Source of the DNA: Thainema sp.
GTDB taxonomy: Bacteria; Cyanobacteriota; Cyanobacteriia; Phormidesmidales; Phormidesmidaceae
Length of the DNA stretch: 64,000 nucleotides
NCBI GenBank assembly: GCA_052168235.1
Contig: JBQLZK010000001.1
Location: 224,001 to 288,000 of the forward strand
Direction: 5' to 3'
Program-made: the position numbers and the translations under genes
Part shown: positions 30,146-40,433 of the stretch, piece after piece
Layout: every line of letters begins with the position of its first letter
How positions within the stretch are numbered: position 1 is the stretch's first letter
The notes under the pieces: generated by a model
The model's database searches: none
What the model saw: only the letters and a program-made list of their open reading frames with translations
Told to the model about the DNA's origin: nothing

Positions 30146-31315
30146 TTACGTAGAGCGCAACAACGCTAGAATTTTTTGCGCCGCGCGATCACACACTCCC
30201 ACCGTCCCCAGCGCCTGCCGCATGCCCGCATAACCCTGGAGCATCGTCTGTCGCTGTTCTGGGTTCAGCAGTAGCTCTAGTGACGCTTGGGTAATAGCGG
30301 CTGGCGTTGCCTGGTACTGCAAAAACTCCGGCACAATTTCCGTCATCGTGGCCAAGTTGGTGGGCGACATGAACGGAATTGAAAATTTAAGCATATGTTC
30401 AGCAATCCAGGCCGTGATCGGATTGACGCGATACATCACCACCTGCGGCACGTTCATCAGCGCAATTTCGAGATTGACCGTACCGGATTTGGTAATTGCA
30501 AGATCAGAAGCTGCGATCGCAGCTTGTCCATGTTCCACCGTGAACTTTGCCTCAACCCCATACTGGGTCAAAACCTCTGTCACCGGGGCAGCAAACTCTG
30601 GGAACGACAGCGGCACCCAAAATTGCACATCCGGCAGCTTGGCCTGAATCTGCTGAGCCGCTGCCGCCATCACGGGCAGTAGGTAACGCAACTCCTGCTG
30701 GCGGGAGGCCGGAATCAGTGCAATCACAGTTTGGTCTAGCCCAATGCCCAACTGCTGACGGGCAGCAATGCGCTCTGGGGCGTTCTGCATCCGATCTACC
30801 AGGGGATGCCCCACCCAGGCCACATTCGCTCCGTTGGCTTCGTAGTAGCGGGCCTCTTCCGGAAAAATAGCTAAAATCTGGTCGGAAATGCCGACAATCT
30901 GAGCCGTGTTGCGGGTACTCAGCGACCAAACCCATTCCTGCGGCGCAATGTAGTAAACCGTCGGCACAGCGGGAAAGTGCTGGCGAATGTGGTTGCCAAT
31001 GGCGATATTTGGCCCCATATAGTCAATCATCACCACCAAATCCGGTGGTGACTGCTGAAGATAGCGCTTTACCTTGCGCTGCATCAGCAGCGTCGGCAGC
31101 ACGTATGGCAGCGATTCTAAAATGCCGACCGAGCCAATCGTGCTGGTGTTGCCCAGCAGCGTCGCGCCTGCCTGCGCCATCCGAGCACCACCGAGGGCCA
31201 AAATCTCTAAATCTATCTGCTGCTGCGCGGCCTGCTGCTGAAGGGCTTCCACTAGCATCGCTCCCTGCAAGTCGCCCGAAACTTCCCCCGTGCTGATAAA
31301 AATTCGTTTCTTCAT
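30146..31315 (-). CDS. lpxB: Lipid-A-disaccharide synthase
   Basis: STGEVSGD, YYIAPQEWVW, VGHPL, PASR, KSGTVNLE. Confidence 0.95.
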   Translation of the reverse strand: MKKRIFISTGEVSGDLQGAMLVEALQQQAAQQQIDLEILALGGARMAQAGATLLGNTSTIGSVGILESLPYVLPTLLMQRKVKRYLQQSPPDLVVMIDYMGPNIAIGNHIRQHFPAVPTVYYIAPQEWVWSLSTRNTAQIVGISDQILAIFPEEARYYEANGANVAWVGHPLVDRMQNAPERIAARQQLGIGLDQTVIALIPASRQQELRYLLPVMAAAAQQIQAKLPDVQFWVPLSFPEFAAPVTEVLTQYGVEAKFTVEHGQAAIAASDLAITKSGTVNLEIALMNVPQVVMYRVNPITAWIAEHMLKFSIPFMSPTNLATMTEIVPEFLQYQATPAAITQASLELLLNPEQRQTMLQGYAGMRQALGTVGVCDRAAQKILALLRST

Positions 31316-31327
31316 AGGAGATTGCAA

Positions 31328-32155
31328 TCAGTCCGATTTAGAACGCGCTGGACGCATTCCAGGAATAGAGCCCCGCCGTCCTTCTGCTTGCGACTCGCGC
31401 AAGAATTGATACAAGTGCTGAATCGGCTCATAGTCAGCCAGGGTAGCCAACTCTGCCAGTGCTTGATCGAACGTCAAGTCGGAGCGATAGAGCATCCGAA
31501 AGGCTTTTTTGAAGTAGCGCATGAGCTGACCATCTGCCAGTTCTCCCATGCCAGCTCGCTGGAGTCCAACTAAATTTAGCGATCGCACTCGGCAGGGATT
31601 ACCTTCCACCAGCATAAACGGCGGCACATCCCGATCAATCCGACTCATGCCGCCCACCATTGCCAGTCGGCCAATATGCACAAACTGATGCACGCCCAGA
31701 ATGCCGCTAATCCGCGCTTGCGACTCGATATGCACATGTCCCGCCAGCGCCACCCCGTTGGCAATAGTCGTCTCGTTGCCGATCACGCAATCGTGCCCAA
31801 CGTGAACATAGGCCATCAGCAAGTTGCGATCGCCAATCACCGTTGCCCCCTCGGCATGGGAAGCCCGGTTAATGGTGACATATTCGCGAATTCGGTTATC
31901 GTTGCCGATTTTGACCAAATTCAGCGATCCGTCATACTTCAGGTCTTGCGACTCGGCCCCAATCACGGCTCCCGGAAAAATTCGGTTGCGATCGCCAATT
32001 TCGGTATGTCCATCCAGCACGACATGTGCCCCAATCGTCGTATCTGCGCCTATGGTGACATGCTCTCCAATCACCGCGTAGGGGCCGACCTCGACGCTGG
32101 GATGGAGCTTAGCGCCGGGATGAATTACCGCAGTGGAATGAATTAGAGCAGTCAA
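31328..32155 (-). CDS. lpxA: UDP-N-acetylglucosamine O-acyltransferase
   Basis: Hexapeptide repeats, QDLKY, IREYVTINR, HVGHDC, HQF. Confidence 0.95.
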   Translation of the reverse strand: MTALIHSTAVIHPGAKLHPSVEVGPYAVIGEHVTIGADTTIGAHVVLDGHTEIGDRNRIFPGAVIGAESQDLKYDGSLNLVKIGNDNRIREYVTINRASHAEGATVIGDRNLLMAYVHVGHDCVIGNETTIANGVALAGHVHIESQARISGILGVHQFVHIGRLAMVGGMSRIDRDVPPFMLVEGNPCRVRSLNLVGLQRAGMGELADGQLMRYFKKAFRMLYRSDLTFDQALAELATLADYEPIQHLYQFLRESQAEGRRGSIPGMRPARSKSD

Positions 32156-32409
32156 AATTGCAACAGTTAAGGTGAAAACGACAGGCAGGAAGGGGGTTTA
32201 GTGTACAAGCTAATGTGTACAAAATGAGTTGCAGTACAAACCTAGACAGCTATTCAACCAACAGTCCACCAGAAGCATACTCGATCGCATGGTTGAACGG
32301 TCTTGTGGTTGCTGAATAGCAGTCTAGCTAAACGAAAGAGCAATTGGTTTGGTGGGCAATGCCCACCCCGTTAAATAGTTGACGCTCATGACTGACTTGA
32401 GCCAGCATT

Positions 32410-32925
32410 CTAGTCCAGGAACGAGAACATTAACTCGCCTTCCGCTGCCAACTGTCCATCCACTTCAGCCCGAGCCTGCATCTTGCCAAAACGACGCCGC
32501 TTAATGGACAGGAGTTCCACGGTCATGATTAGCTGATCGCCGGGAACAACTGGCCGACGGAATCGGACTTTATCAATACCCGCAAAGACACAGAGCTTAT
32601 TATCAACTTCGGGTAGCTGCATCAGCACCACTCCGCCAACCTGAGCCATCGCTTCCACGATCAGCACACCGGGCATCAGCGGACGACCCGGAAAGTGGCC
32701 CTGGAAGTGGGGTTCGTTAAAGGTGACATTCTTCAACCCAACTGCGCTTTTACCGGGAACGAATTCCAAAATCCGATCGACCAAGGCAAACGGATAGCGG
32801 TGCGGCAGCAGCTTTTGAATCTCTTCAAGCTTGAAGATGGGTTCTGTAGCAGGCTTAGAGTTTTGATCGTCTGTCATTTTAGCCTTGGACTGACTAGACG
32901 AATTGACATCAACCAACGTGGACAT
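32410..32925 (-). CDS. fabZ: 3-hydroxyacyl-ACP dehydratase
   Basis: [29 protein letters not shown]. Confidence 0.96.
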   Translation of the reverse strand: MSTLVDVNSSSQSKAKMTDDQNSKPATEPIFKLEEIQKLLPHRYPFALVDRILEFVPGKSAVGLKNVTFNEPHFQGHFPGRPLMPGVLIVEAMAQVGGVVLMQLPEVDNKLCVFAGIDKVRFRRPVVPGDQLIMTVELLSIKRRRFGKMQARAEVDGQLAAEGELMFSFLD

Positions 32926-32965
32926 AGGTGGATTTAAGAGTGCGACGAGGACGAGGGGCGTTTAC

Positions 32966-33910
32966 TCAACCCGATACCATCGCAAGTTGCGATCGCACCG
33001 CTTGAACAAACTGAACATGCAGTTGATGACTTGCCTTATAGGCCACAATGTGCATACAGGGCCAATCAGCCAACAAACTAAGATCCCCTACTAAGTCTAA
33101 AAGTTTATGACGCGCTGGTTCATTTGAAAATCTCAACGGCGGATTTATCCAGCCGTTTTCGCCGCAGACCAACGCATTTTCAAGGCTTCCACCCTTAATT
33201 AATCCATTTGCCTGGAGTTGCTCAATTTGATGGGCCAAACCGAAGGTGCGCGCTGGAGCGATATCGGTAGCAAATTCCAGTTGGCTCAGATTTTGGTCAG
33301 CAATGACAGGAGACGGTGACCAACTGTGCCACTGATTACCAATTGCTGACAACTCAAAATCAATCCCGTAGGTGAACCGAGGCTCAGCGGCGGGCATACC
33401 CATGACAAAAGCGTCCCCCTGCCGCACCCAAATTGGTTCGGTGAGGGTGACCACTCGGCGAGGGGCAGATTGAGTTTGGAGTCCTACAGATGCGATTGCA
33501 CGTACCCATTCTTGAGCCGAACCATCCAGCAGCGGCAGCTCCGGCCCATTGATTTCAATGCAGGCGTTATCAATGCCTAGGCCCATCAGCGCTGCCAGCA
33601 GATGCTCCACCGTGCGGACGCTGGCGTCCCCCACAGCGAGTTCTGTAGACAGAAGAGTTTGGTGAACCGCATCCACTCGGGCCGGAATCTTAGGCGACCC
33701 CGGTAAGTCCGTGCGAACGAACCAGCGGCCTTCATCCGCTGCCGCAGGTAAAATTCGCACGGAGCTGTGCTGACCCGAATGGAGACCAATCCCGCTCTGC
33801 TCCACTGGAGTTGCGATCTCACATTGCCATGATTGAGCGAAGGCCGCCTGCATCTCACCCTGCACAGAAGTTTGAGCCTGGGGCTGGGGACTGGCGGTGT
33901 TATTGAGCAT
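32966..33910 (-). CDS. lpxC: UDP-3-O-acyl-N-acetylglucosamine deacetylase
   Basis: [37 protein letters not shown]. Confidence 0.95.
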   Translation of the reverse strand: MLNNTASPQPQAQTSVQGEMQAAFAQSWQCEIATPVEQSGIGLHSGQHSSVRILPAAADEGRWFVRTDLPGSPKIPARVDAVHQTLLSTELAVGDASVRTVEHLLAALMGLGIDNACIEINGPELPLLDGSAQEWVRAIASVGLQTQSAPRRVVTLTEPIWVRQGDAFVMGMPAAEPRFTYGIDFELSAIGNQWHSWSPSPVIADQNLSQLEFATDIAPARTFGLAHQIEQLQANGLIKGGSLENALVCGENGWINPPLRFSNEPARHKLLDLVGDLSLLADWPCMHIVAYKASHQLHVQFVQAVRSQLAMVSG

Positions 33911-33952
33911 GAGTACTCCCTATTGATTGAGATTAATTGAGCCGAAGACTCC

Positions 33953-36286
33953 CTAGAATCTCTCACCGACCCCAAAGTGGATGCGGCTTTCTCCTTCATC
34001 GTTGAAGCCATAGTCAATCCGAATCGGGCCGAGTGGAGACTCTACCCGCACACCAACACCATAGCCAAAACCGCTACCCGGCTTACCCCGTACGCCTGCT
34101 GGATTACCGATGACGTCTTCTCCAGTGCCCAAATCGGTAGCGAAGTCAGCAAACAGTGCCCCGTCTACGATTGAAAAGATGGGGAAACGATATTCTACCG
34201 TCGCTTGCACGAAACTTTGGCCGCTGCCCACGTCACCTTCATCATAACCGCGCACGGAGCTGCTTCCCCCCAACGAGAACGCTTCATAAGGCGGGAAATC
34301 TCCCAAAATCGTGCCACCCTGAATGTTAAAGGCCAACACCTCCGGGCCTTCTTCAAACAGATCGATAAACTCGACTGGCGTGTAGTAGCTGTAGCTAGCC
34401 CGTAAACGATTGTAGAATGCCGATCCGGCTCCGAGCGGGAATGCCTGCTCTGAACCAAGCCTGAGCAGAGAACCTGAAGTCGGCTTAGTAACGTTATCCC
34501 GCAGATCGCGCACGGCTCCAAACTGGATCAGCCAGAGGTCATCTTCGCCCGTACCGCTTAAGCTGAGGTCATTTCCTAATTCATCCACGGCTACGACATC
34601 GCCATCACCATCTCGAATTGTGACGTGTTGATACTGAGCCCCGAGAGAAGCCGTCCAGCCATTATCGTAGGGACGACGGAAGCTAACTCCGCCTCCTAAA
34701 CGGTCAATCCGGGGACGATCAATATCAAACAGATCATTATCATCATCATCATCGTCGTCATCCGTATCAATAACCCCTACTTCGGGATCGCCACCGTCGA
34801 AGATGAGTGAAACCGATCGACGATTGAAGGCATTCACTGTGTAAGAGGTACGATAGGGCGCACCAGCAATCCACGGATCGGTAAAGCTGACATCAAACAG
34901 GATTTCGCGAGTACTCAACTGAAATTCAGCGCCGAGTTTTTGGTTGTTGCCGCCCAGGTTTTGCTCCTGATAGCTGACCGTTCCAAACAGATCACCGCTG
35001 GTGCTAAATCCAACCCCAGCTGCCAACGATCCGGTTTGACCTTCCACAACGTTGACAACCACGTCAACCTGACGCGGATCTTCACCCGGTTCTAGGGAAA
35101 GCCGCACGTCATCAAAAATGCCTAGGCCAAAGACGTTTTGCAAGTCTTGCTGGATTTGAGCTTGATTAAAGACATCACCCGATTCTGAACGGAACTCGCG
35201 CGTAATAATGAAATCACGGGTTCGCCCATCAATTGGCTCCCCATCTTCATCAGTATCGTTGCCGTCTTCGTCAATAAACCGAACGCGAATATCCTCAATG
35301 ACACCCTCAGCCACCACAAAGGTGACGGTACCATCATCGGCAATCTCAGGCGCATCCGTGACCTGCGCAAGCACATAGCCATTCTCTTGATACCATTCGT
35401 TGACGGTTTGAATGCCTCGCTGCAGATCGCGCAGATTCAAAATTTGGCCGTATTGGTCAGAAAAAGCTTCTTGAACAACTTCTTCCGGCAGAACTTGGGC
35501 ATTCTCAAATTGAACCTGAGTCAGCACTGGGTTGGGCTGCACTGCAAAGGTGACGCGTACACCCAGTGGGGTATCTTCGGGGATGGCCTGAACGTTGGAG
35601 AAGAAACCCGTGGAAAAAATGGCGTTGATGTCTTCCTGCAACCGCGATCGCGTTGTGGTTTGGCCAGCTTGAGTCTGAATCACGCTGTAAACTTCAGCCT
35701 CTAGCTGCGGATCAAGCGGTTCTGTGCGAGTACTCACGACATCAACTTCAGAAATAAGAACCCGTGGCTCAGTTTCTGCTTCGCCTGTATCTGGCGTATC
35801 CGGCAGGGCTGGAGCAGGCGCTGGCGTGTCATCTAAATCCGGAAACAGTGGTTCATCTCTAGATGGCCCCAGCTCAACATCATCCGCTTCTTCATCAATC
35901 GTTTCATCCAGATTGATGTCAACCTCGTCATCAGCACCATCCGTTTCTTCAGCTTCGATTTCCAGCTCCAGCTCATCATTTTCATCATCAACAGGAAAGG
36001 TATCCCGCTCTAGCTGGACATCGACATCGACTTCATCATTGTCGTCATTGAGGTCTTCTAGCTCAACTTCCGGATCATCTTCAACCGGCTCAGCCTCTAT
36101 TTCAGGATCAAGCTGGGGCGGTGTTTCAGGAACGTCCTGAGCAAGGTCAAACACAGATGAAGTCGTTTGCCCAATACCTGTGGGAGGAACAGTTTGTCCA
36201 TTTACCGAACTGGCAAAGCCTGCTGTAGCAGCCGCCGACAAAATCGCTACTAGAACTGGAGATAGGCGCATTGTAATTTGATCCAT
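33953..36286 (-). CDS. bamA: Omp85/BamA outer-membrane assembly protein
   Basis: Signal peptide, POTRA region, NLGGNNQ, VRGY, C-terminal HFGVGERF. Confidence 0.93.
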   Translation of the reverse strand: MDQITMRLSPVLVAILSAAATAGFASSVNGQTVPPTGIGQTTSSVFDLAQDVPETPPQLDPEIEAEPVEDDPEVELEDLNDDNDEVDVDVQLERDTFPVDDENDELELEIEAEETDGADDEVDINLDETIDEEADDVELGPSRDEPLFPDLDDTPAPAPALPDTPDTGEAETEPRVLISEVDVVSTRTEPLDPQLEAEVYSVIQTQAGQTTTRSRLQEDINAIFSTGFFSNVQAIPEDTPLGVRVTFAVQPNPVLTQVQFENAQVLPEEVVQEAFSDQYGQILNLRDLQRGIQTVNEWYQENGYVLAQVTDAPEIADDGTVTFVVAEGVIEDIRVRFIDEDGNDTDEDGEPIDGRTRDFIITREFRSESGDVFNQAQIQQDLQNVFGLGIFDDVRLSLEPGEDPRQVDVVVNVVEGQTGSLAAGVGFSTSGDLFGTVSYQEQNLGGNNQKLGAEFQLSTREILFDVSFTDPWIAGAPYRTSYTVNAFNRRSVSLIFDGGDPEVGVIDTDDDDDDDDNDLFDIDRPRIDRLGGGVSFRRPYDNGWTASLGAQYQHVTIRDGDGDVVAVDELGNDLSLSGTGEDDLWLIQFGAVRDLRDNVTKPTSGSLLRLGSEQAFPLGAGSAFYNRLRASYSYYTPVEFIDLFEEGPEVLAFNIQGGTILGDFPPYEAFSLGGSSSVRGYDEGDVGSGQSFVQATVEYRFPIFSIVDGALFADFATDLGTGEDVIGNPAGVRGKPGSGFGYGVGVRVESPLGPIRIDYGFNDEGESRIHFGVGERF

Positions 36287-36295
36287 CCCTTAAAA

Positions 36296-36308
36296 ACTCC
36301 ACACACCA
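36296..36308 (-). promoter_or_regulatory. Putative Yfr1 sRNA target site in the bamA leader
   Basis: mRNA UGGUGUGUGGAGU lies about 10 nt before the ATG, complementary to the Yfr1 motif ACUCCUCACAC with one mismatch. Confidence 0.6.
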
Positions 36309-36429
36309 GACCCAACACTGGGCACTGAAACAGGTGTATCTGATACTCGCTGAGCTATGCACAGCACACCTAGGTACAAGCCAAAATAAACTCAACGATT
36401 TTACCGCATTTGTGGTAATCCGCAGTGGT

Positions 36430-37158
36430 TTAGATGGTTTGAGCAAGTACTCGCTCTAGTACCTGTTGATAAGCATCTTCGATACCGCCTAAATCCTGAC
36501 GAAATCGGTCTTTGTCCATGACGCGACTTTGGGGATCAGTTTCGGCCTGATTCCATAAGCGGCAGGTATCTGGACTGATTTCATCGGCGAGCAACAGGCG
36601 CTGCTGGGAATCTAAACCAAACTCCAGCTTGAAATCGACTAAGGTAATACCGCACTGTTGAAAGAACTTCGACAAGATGTCGTTGATCTGTAGCGCGGCT
36701 GACTTTAGCTGATCGAGCTGTTCGGCAGAAACGATGTCCATGAGTAAAATGCGATCGCGCGTGAGCAACGGGTCGCCCAGGTCATCATTTTTAAAGTAGA
36801 AATCTACCAGCGGCTGTTTCAAAATCGTGCCCAATGTCAATCCAGTCTGTTGACAGAGACTACCTGCTGCAATGTTCCTGACAACGACCTCAAGTGGCAC
36901 AATTTTGACTGGTCTAACCAGCATGTCGGTTTCGCTGGGCGTTTCAATCCAGTGCGTGGCAACCCCTTGAGACTCCAGCAGCTTAAACAAATGGGTCGAA
37001 ATGGCGCAGTTCATGCGACCTTTGCCAACAATCTGGCCTCGCTTTTTAGCATTAAAAGCCGTAGCGTCATCTTTAAAGCGAGACAGCAACACCTCTGGGT
37101 CATCGGTCGCATAAATAATCTTGGCTTTCCCTTCGTATAGTCGTTCTGTTGTGGTCAT
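36430..37158 (-). CDS. purC: SAICAR synthetase
   Basis: LYEGKAK, EVVVRNIAAGS, LVDFKLEFG, ADEISPDTCRLW, DKDRFR. Confidence 0.96.
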   Translation of the reverse strand: MTTTERLYEGKAKIIYATDDPEVLLSRFKDDATAFNAKKRGQIVGKGRMNCAISTHLFKLLESQGVATHWIETPSETDMLVRPVKIVPLEVVVRNIAAGSLCQQTGLTLGTILKQPLVDFYFKNDDLGDPLLTRDRILLMDIVSAEQLDQLKSAALQINDILSKFFQQCGITLVDFKLEFGLDSQQRLLLADEISPDTCRLWNQAETDPQSRVMDKDRFRQDLGGIEDAYQQVLERVLAQTI

Positions 37159-37896
37159 TTTCTGCTGCCTTCCTTTAAAACCCCAATTATGGGCGCAAAA
37201 ATCCAAGCTTTATTATCCCAATGTTTTCAGTTTTCACAATTCAAACCGAATTTGAGCGAGGGGCAATCAGCGGCTGCCAACTGAAAAGAACTTCCGCCAC
37301 AAGTTAAGAAAAAGTTAACAAGCTGTTTAGAAATATCGAATTGTAAGGATAGCAACTACTCTGTCGCTTCATCTGTTCGACCATAAAGGCGTAACTCCTA
37401 TCTCATGGGAGTTACGCGCCTCCCTTCCTATGTGGCATATATGAAAATCACCAATAACCATGCCGTATAAAGAACCATGAAATATGCTTGAGATCACAAC
37501 ACAAGGTTAAGAGCAGGTTAAACTAAGGTTGTAAGCGCTTTAATACATGGTTGGCACTGTCTAAGTTTGCTGCTATCCATTGCATAGTCAACTCATCAGC
37601 GCGATGCAGAGCCGTTAATTTCGATCCGATACCGATTTAAAGTCATGCCACCTGGTCATGCCATCTGGGCATTCTTTAAAAGAGAAGGTCGAATATCTGA
37701 GGCGCTGGTAAGCATAACGATGATCGCTGATCGATCACCTCAATAACTGAATAACTCAATTACCTAAACTCAAGTTTGCCGATTGCAAACGTAGTTGCAA
37801 ATTTATATGGCTCGTTTATCAACAGGTCAGCCCCTTAGCTGGCTCAACCCAACCAACAGTTCTTGATATTGCATTTAACTCAGGACGGATTTTAAA

Positions 37897-38130
37897 ATGA
37901 CCTACGCTGAAAACTTCCTTTATCCCTATCGCCGCTATCGGGGGGCTGTGAAGCCCGAAAACCTAGTGTTTGATGCCAATTTGCAAGAGTTCTCTCAGCG
38001 CGTTAGCTTTATCTGCAATTTGGAAAACAACGGTAAGCTGTCGCCGGAAGATGCCTTTAAACAAATCCAGCAGCTTTGGACTAGTCTAGATCGCAGCCGG
38101 CAACAGCTTGGCATTCAAGCAAGCGATTAA
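37897..38130 (+). CDS. Small conserved cyanobacterial protein
   Basis: FLYP..RY.G...PENLVF.ANLQEFSQRVS.IC.LE..GKLSP pattern. Confidence 0.8.
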   Translation: MTYAENFLYPYRRYRGAVKPENLVFDANLQEFSQRVSFICNLENNGKLSPEDAFKQIQQLWTSLDRSRQQLGIQASD

Positions 38131-38169
38131 GGGTGAACGATCCAGTGGGTGTTTAGATCAGAATCAGGT

Positions 38170-38997
38170 TTAGATTGGAATCTCGGTGTAGTGAAAGGTA
38201 TAACCAGCTTGCCTTAACTTTTGATTCGAGACTTTGGCGTTATACGGGCGACGGTTGGGTTGGGACGCATCCCAGGTCGCAGGCGGCAAATTGTACTGAG
38301 TGAAGACCCGATCCAGTAGTTCGCCTGTCTTGAGTGGAACATCGTGAACCAGATTATAAATACCATTGAGTTGATGGGTGCGCGCAAATGCGATCGCACC
38401 CACGATATCGTCTAAGTGAATCCAGTTGCTGGCGTCCTGACCATCTCCGGGTCGCACTGAACCCGCTGCCCGCCGAAAAATATTGACGATTTCGCGACCC
38501 GGCCCACAGATACCGCCCAAGCGAAAGACGCAAACGGAGCGCTGAGGCGTAGCCGCCGATAGCAAAATCTGCTCAGTTTCCACCAAAATTTCGCCATTGC
38601 GGTTAGCGGGGTTGACTGGCGTAGACTCATCTACCCAGTTGCCCTGCTGATCGCCATAGACGGCGTAGCTGCCCGTGTAAATAACCTGCTGTACGGTGGT
38701 GGTGTTTTCCAGGGCCTGCACGAGCGTTTGAGCCGTTTTCAGATAGGTCGCTTCATAGGCTTCAGCATCACCACGGGGCGCACCCACGCTGAGCAGAACG
38801 GTGTCTTGGTGTTGCAATAGCGATCGCAGTTTTTCTAAATCATCGCCCTGCCACAGTACGGCTTGATCCACCTGAGCTTCGAGTTCTGGGAGGCGCTCCG
38901 GTGTGGTCGTGGTTGCCGTAACCGTAATGCCGTCTGCCTTCCAATGCTGAGCCATAGCTTTACCCACGTAGCCACAGCCCAAAATAATTGCGTTCAT
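38170..38997 (-). CDS. Atypical SDR / NAD-dependent epimerase (YeeZ-like)
   Basis: ILGCGYVG Rossmann motif, VYGD..G.WVDE, NWIHLDDI. Confidence 0.88.
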   Translation of the reverse strand: MNAIILGCGYVGKAMAQHWKADGITVTATTTTPERLPELEAQVDQAVLWQGDDLEKLRSLLQHQDTVLLSVGAPRGDAEAYEATYLKTAQTLVQALENTTTVQQVIYTGSYAVYGDQQGNWVDESTPVNPANRNGEILVETEQILLSAATPQRSVCVFRLGGICGPGREIVNIFRRAAGSVRPGDGQDASNWIHLDDIVGAIAFARTHQLNGIYNLVHDVPLKTGELLDRVFTQYNLPPATWDASQPNRRPYNAKVSNQKLRQAGYTFHYTEIPI

Positions 38998-39067
38998 CAG
39001 TTTTGCCCGTAATCTTGTCCGTCTTGTTCACTTACAGCAGTCGATTTCATATTGTGCCCTAAAACCC

Positions 39068-39110
39068 CAAAAGCAGGAAAGCGCCGTGGCACAGCGCTTT
39101 CCTGCTTTTG
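39068..39110. terminator. Hairpin terminator downstream of dedA
   Basis: CAAAAGCAGGAAAGCGC...GCGCTTTCCTGCTTTTG. Confidence 0.7.
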
Positions 39111-39114
39111 AAAT

Positions 39115-39171
39115 TGGTTAAGACATTTTTGTGGCGTGGCGGACCGCGCCACAAAAATGTCCCTGTCCTAA
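39115..39171 (-). repeat. Family-B mini-element core overlapping the dedA stop codon
   Basis: Reverse complement TTAGGACAGGGACATTTTTGTGGCGC...GCCACAAAAATGTCTTAACCA. Confidence 0.7.
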
Positions 39172-39791
39172 GATTCGGATTGGCGACTGCGGGATTCGAG
39201 CCAGATGGGAATTGAGATCGCAGCCACGACCAAAATCAAGGCCAGAACTGCGAACTGCGCCACCCAGGCCACAAGCTGCTCCAGCGATACCACGCGACCC
39301 ACAAAGTAGGCCAAGCTGATCATAATTGAGGCCCAAGTTGCCGCTCCGGCAAAGTTGCAGAGCAGGAAGAGGGGATAGGGCATCCGGGCGATGCCCGCCA
39401 GCGGCCCCGCAAAAATTCTCAGCAGGGCGATAAATCGTCCCAGAAAGACGGCACGAGCTGCGTTTTTACTGAACTGGTTGCGGACTTGATGCAGCCGTTC
39501 TTCATCCACACGGAAGATTTTGCCAATGCGGCGCAGCAGCGGCCAGCCGCCCCAAAATCCTAGCCAGTAACCAAAATTGTCTCCTAATACTGCACCTGCG
39601 ATCGCACAACCTAACACGTACCAGTAGTTCAACTCGTCACTGCCGGCCAGAAAGCCACCGACGAGGCTAATGGTTTCACCGGGCACAGGTAGGCCCGTAT
39701 TTTCCAGCATGATGCCGATGAAGATTGTCCAATATCCGTAGGCTTGAGCTAAATCTTTAATTGTGTCTAAAGAGACAAATTCGAGGGACAT
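39168..39791 (-). CDS. dedA: DedA family membrane protein
   Basis: LEN.G.P.PGE, GDNFGYWLG, GRFI..LR. Confidence 0.9.
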   Translation of the reverse strand: MSLEFVSLDTIKDLAQAYGYWTIFIGIMLENTGLPVPGETISLVGGFLAGSDELNYWYVLGCAIAGAVLGDNFGYWLGFWGGWPLLRRIGKIFRVDEERLHQVRNQFSKNAARAVFLGRFIALLRIFAGPLAGIARMPYPLFLLCNFAGAATWASIMISLAYFVGRVVSLEQLVAWVAQFAVLALILVVAAISIPIWLESRSRQSES

Positions 39792-40433
39792 GCAGTGCAG
39801 CCTTTACAAACGTTTACCCTTTTCTCATCCTGACGCAATTCTAAGGCGAGTGTCAATGCAAACCCTTACTCCATCACAGATTCCATGAATCTGCCGCTAG
39901 AAATGCAAAGTTGTTGCAATGTTTCCGGTGTCGTCTACACGCCCTGACGATATGTCTGCGATTTCAGGACTGCAATCGTACGCTTAGCGTTCCCTGATTT
40001 ATCCGCTAAGAACACAGCAGCTTACTTGCGATCGCGCATCGTCTCACGCTATCAACACCAACATTTGATACCAAATCCGTTTCTATTTCTAAAAATCAGG
40101 TGATTGTTCTGTGACAAACAGTTCACTACCTGATGCCAGATTGATCGTTGGATTTAGCCTGGTGTCATATTAGATGCTGTGCTGGGATCGATCATAACGC
40201 TTTTCTTGCCTAGCGTTTAGCCACAGCCATGCCCTCGTTACAGAATTAGCGGTTACATACGAACACAAGACGAACACCAGACGAACATAAACAAGAAGGA
40301 CGAGCTTGCAGGTCTAGCTCGTCCTTAAATAAAGTACGGATTAAGTGTGGATCAAAGTCGCAATGATTGAGCAATCGAAGGTGCGATCGCAGTAGAGCAG
40401 TTTAGATCAGGAGCAACGGTCTACCTAGTGGGC

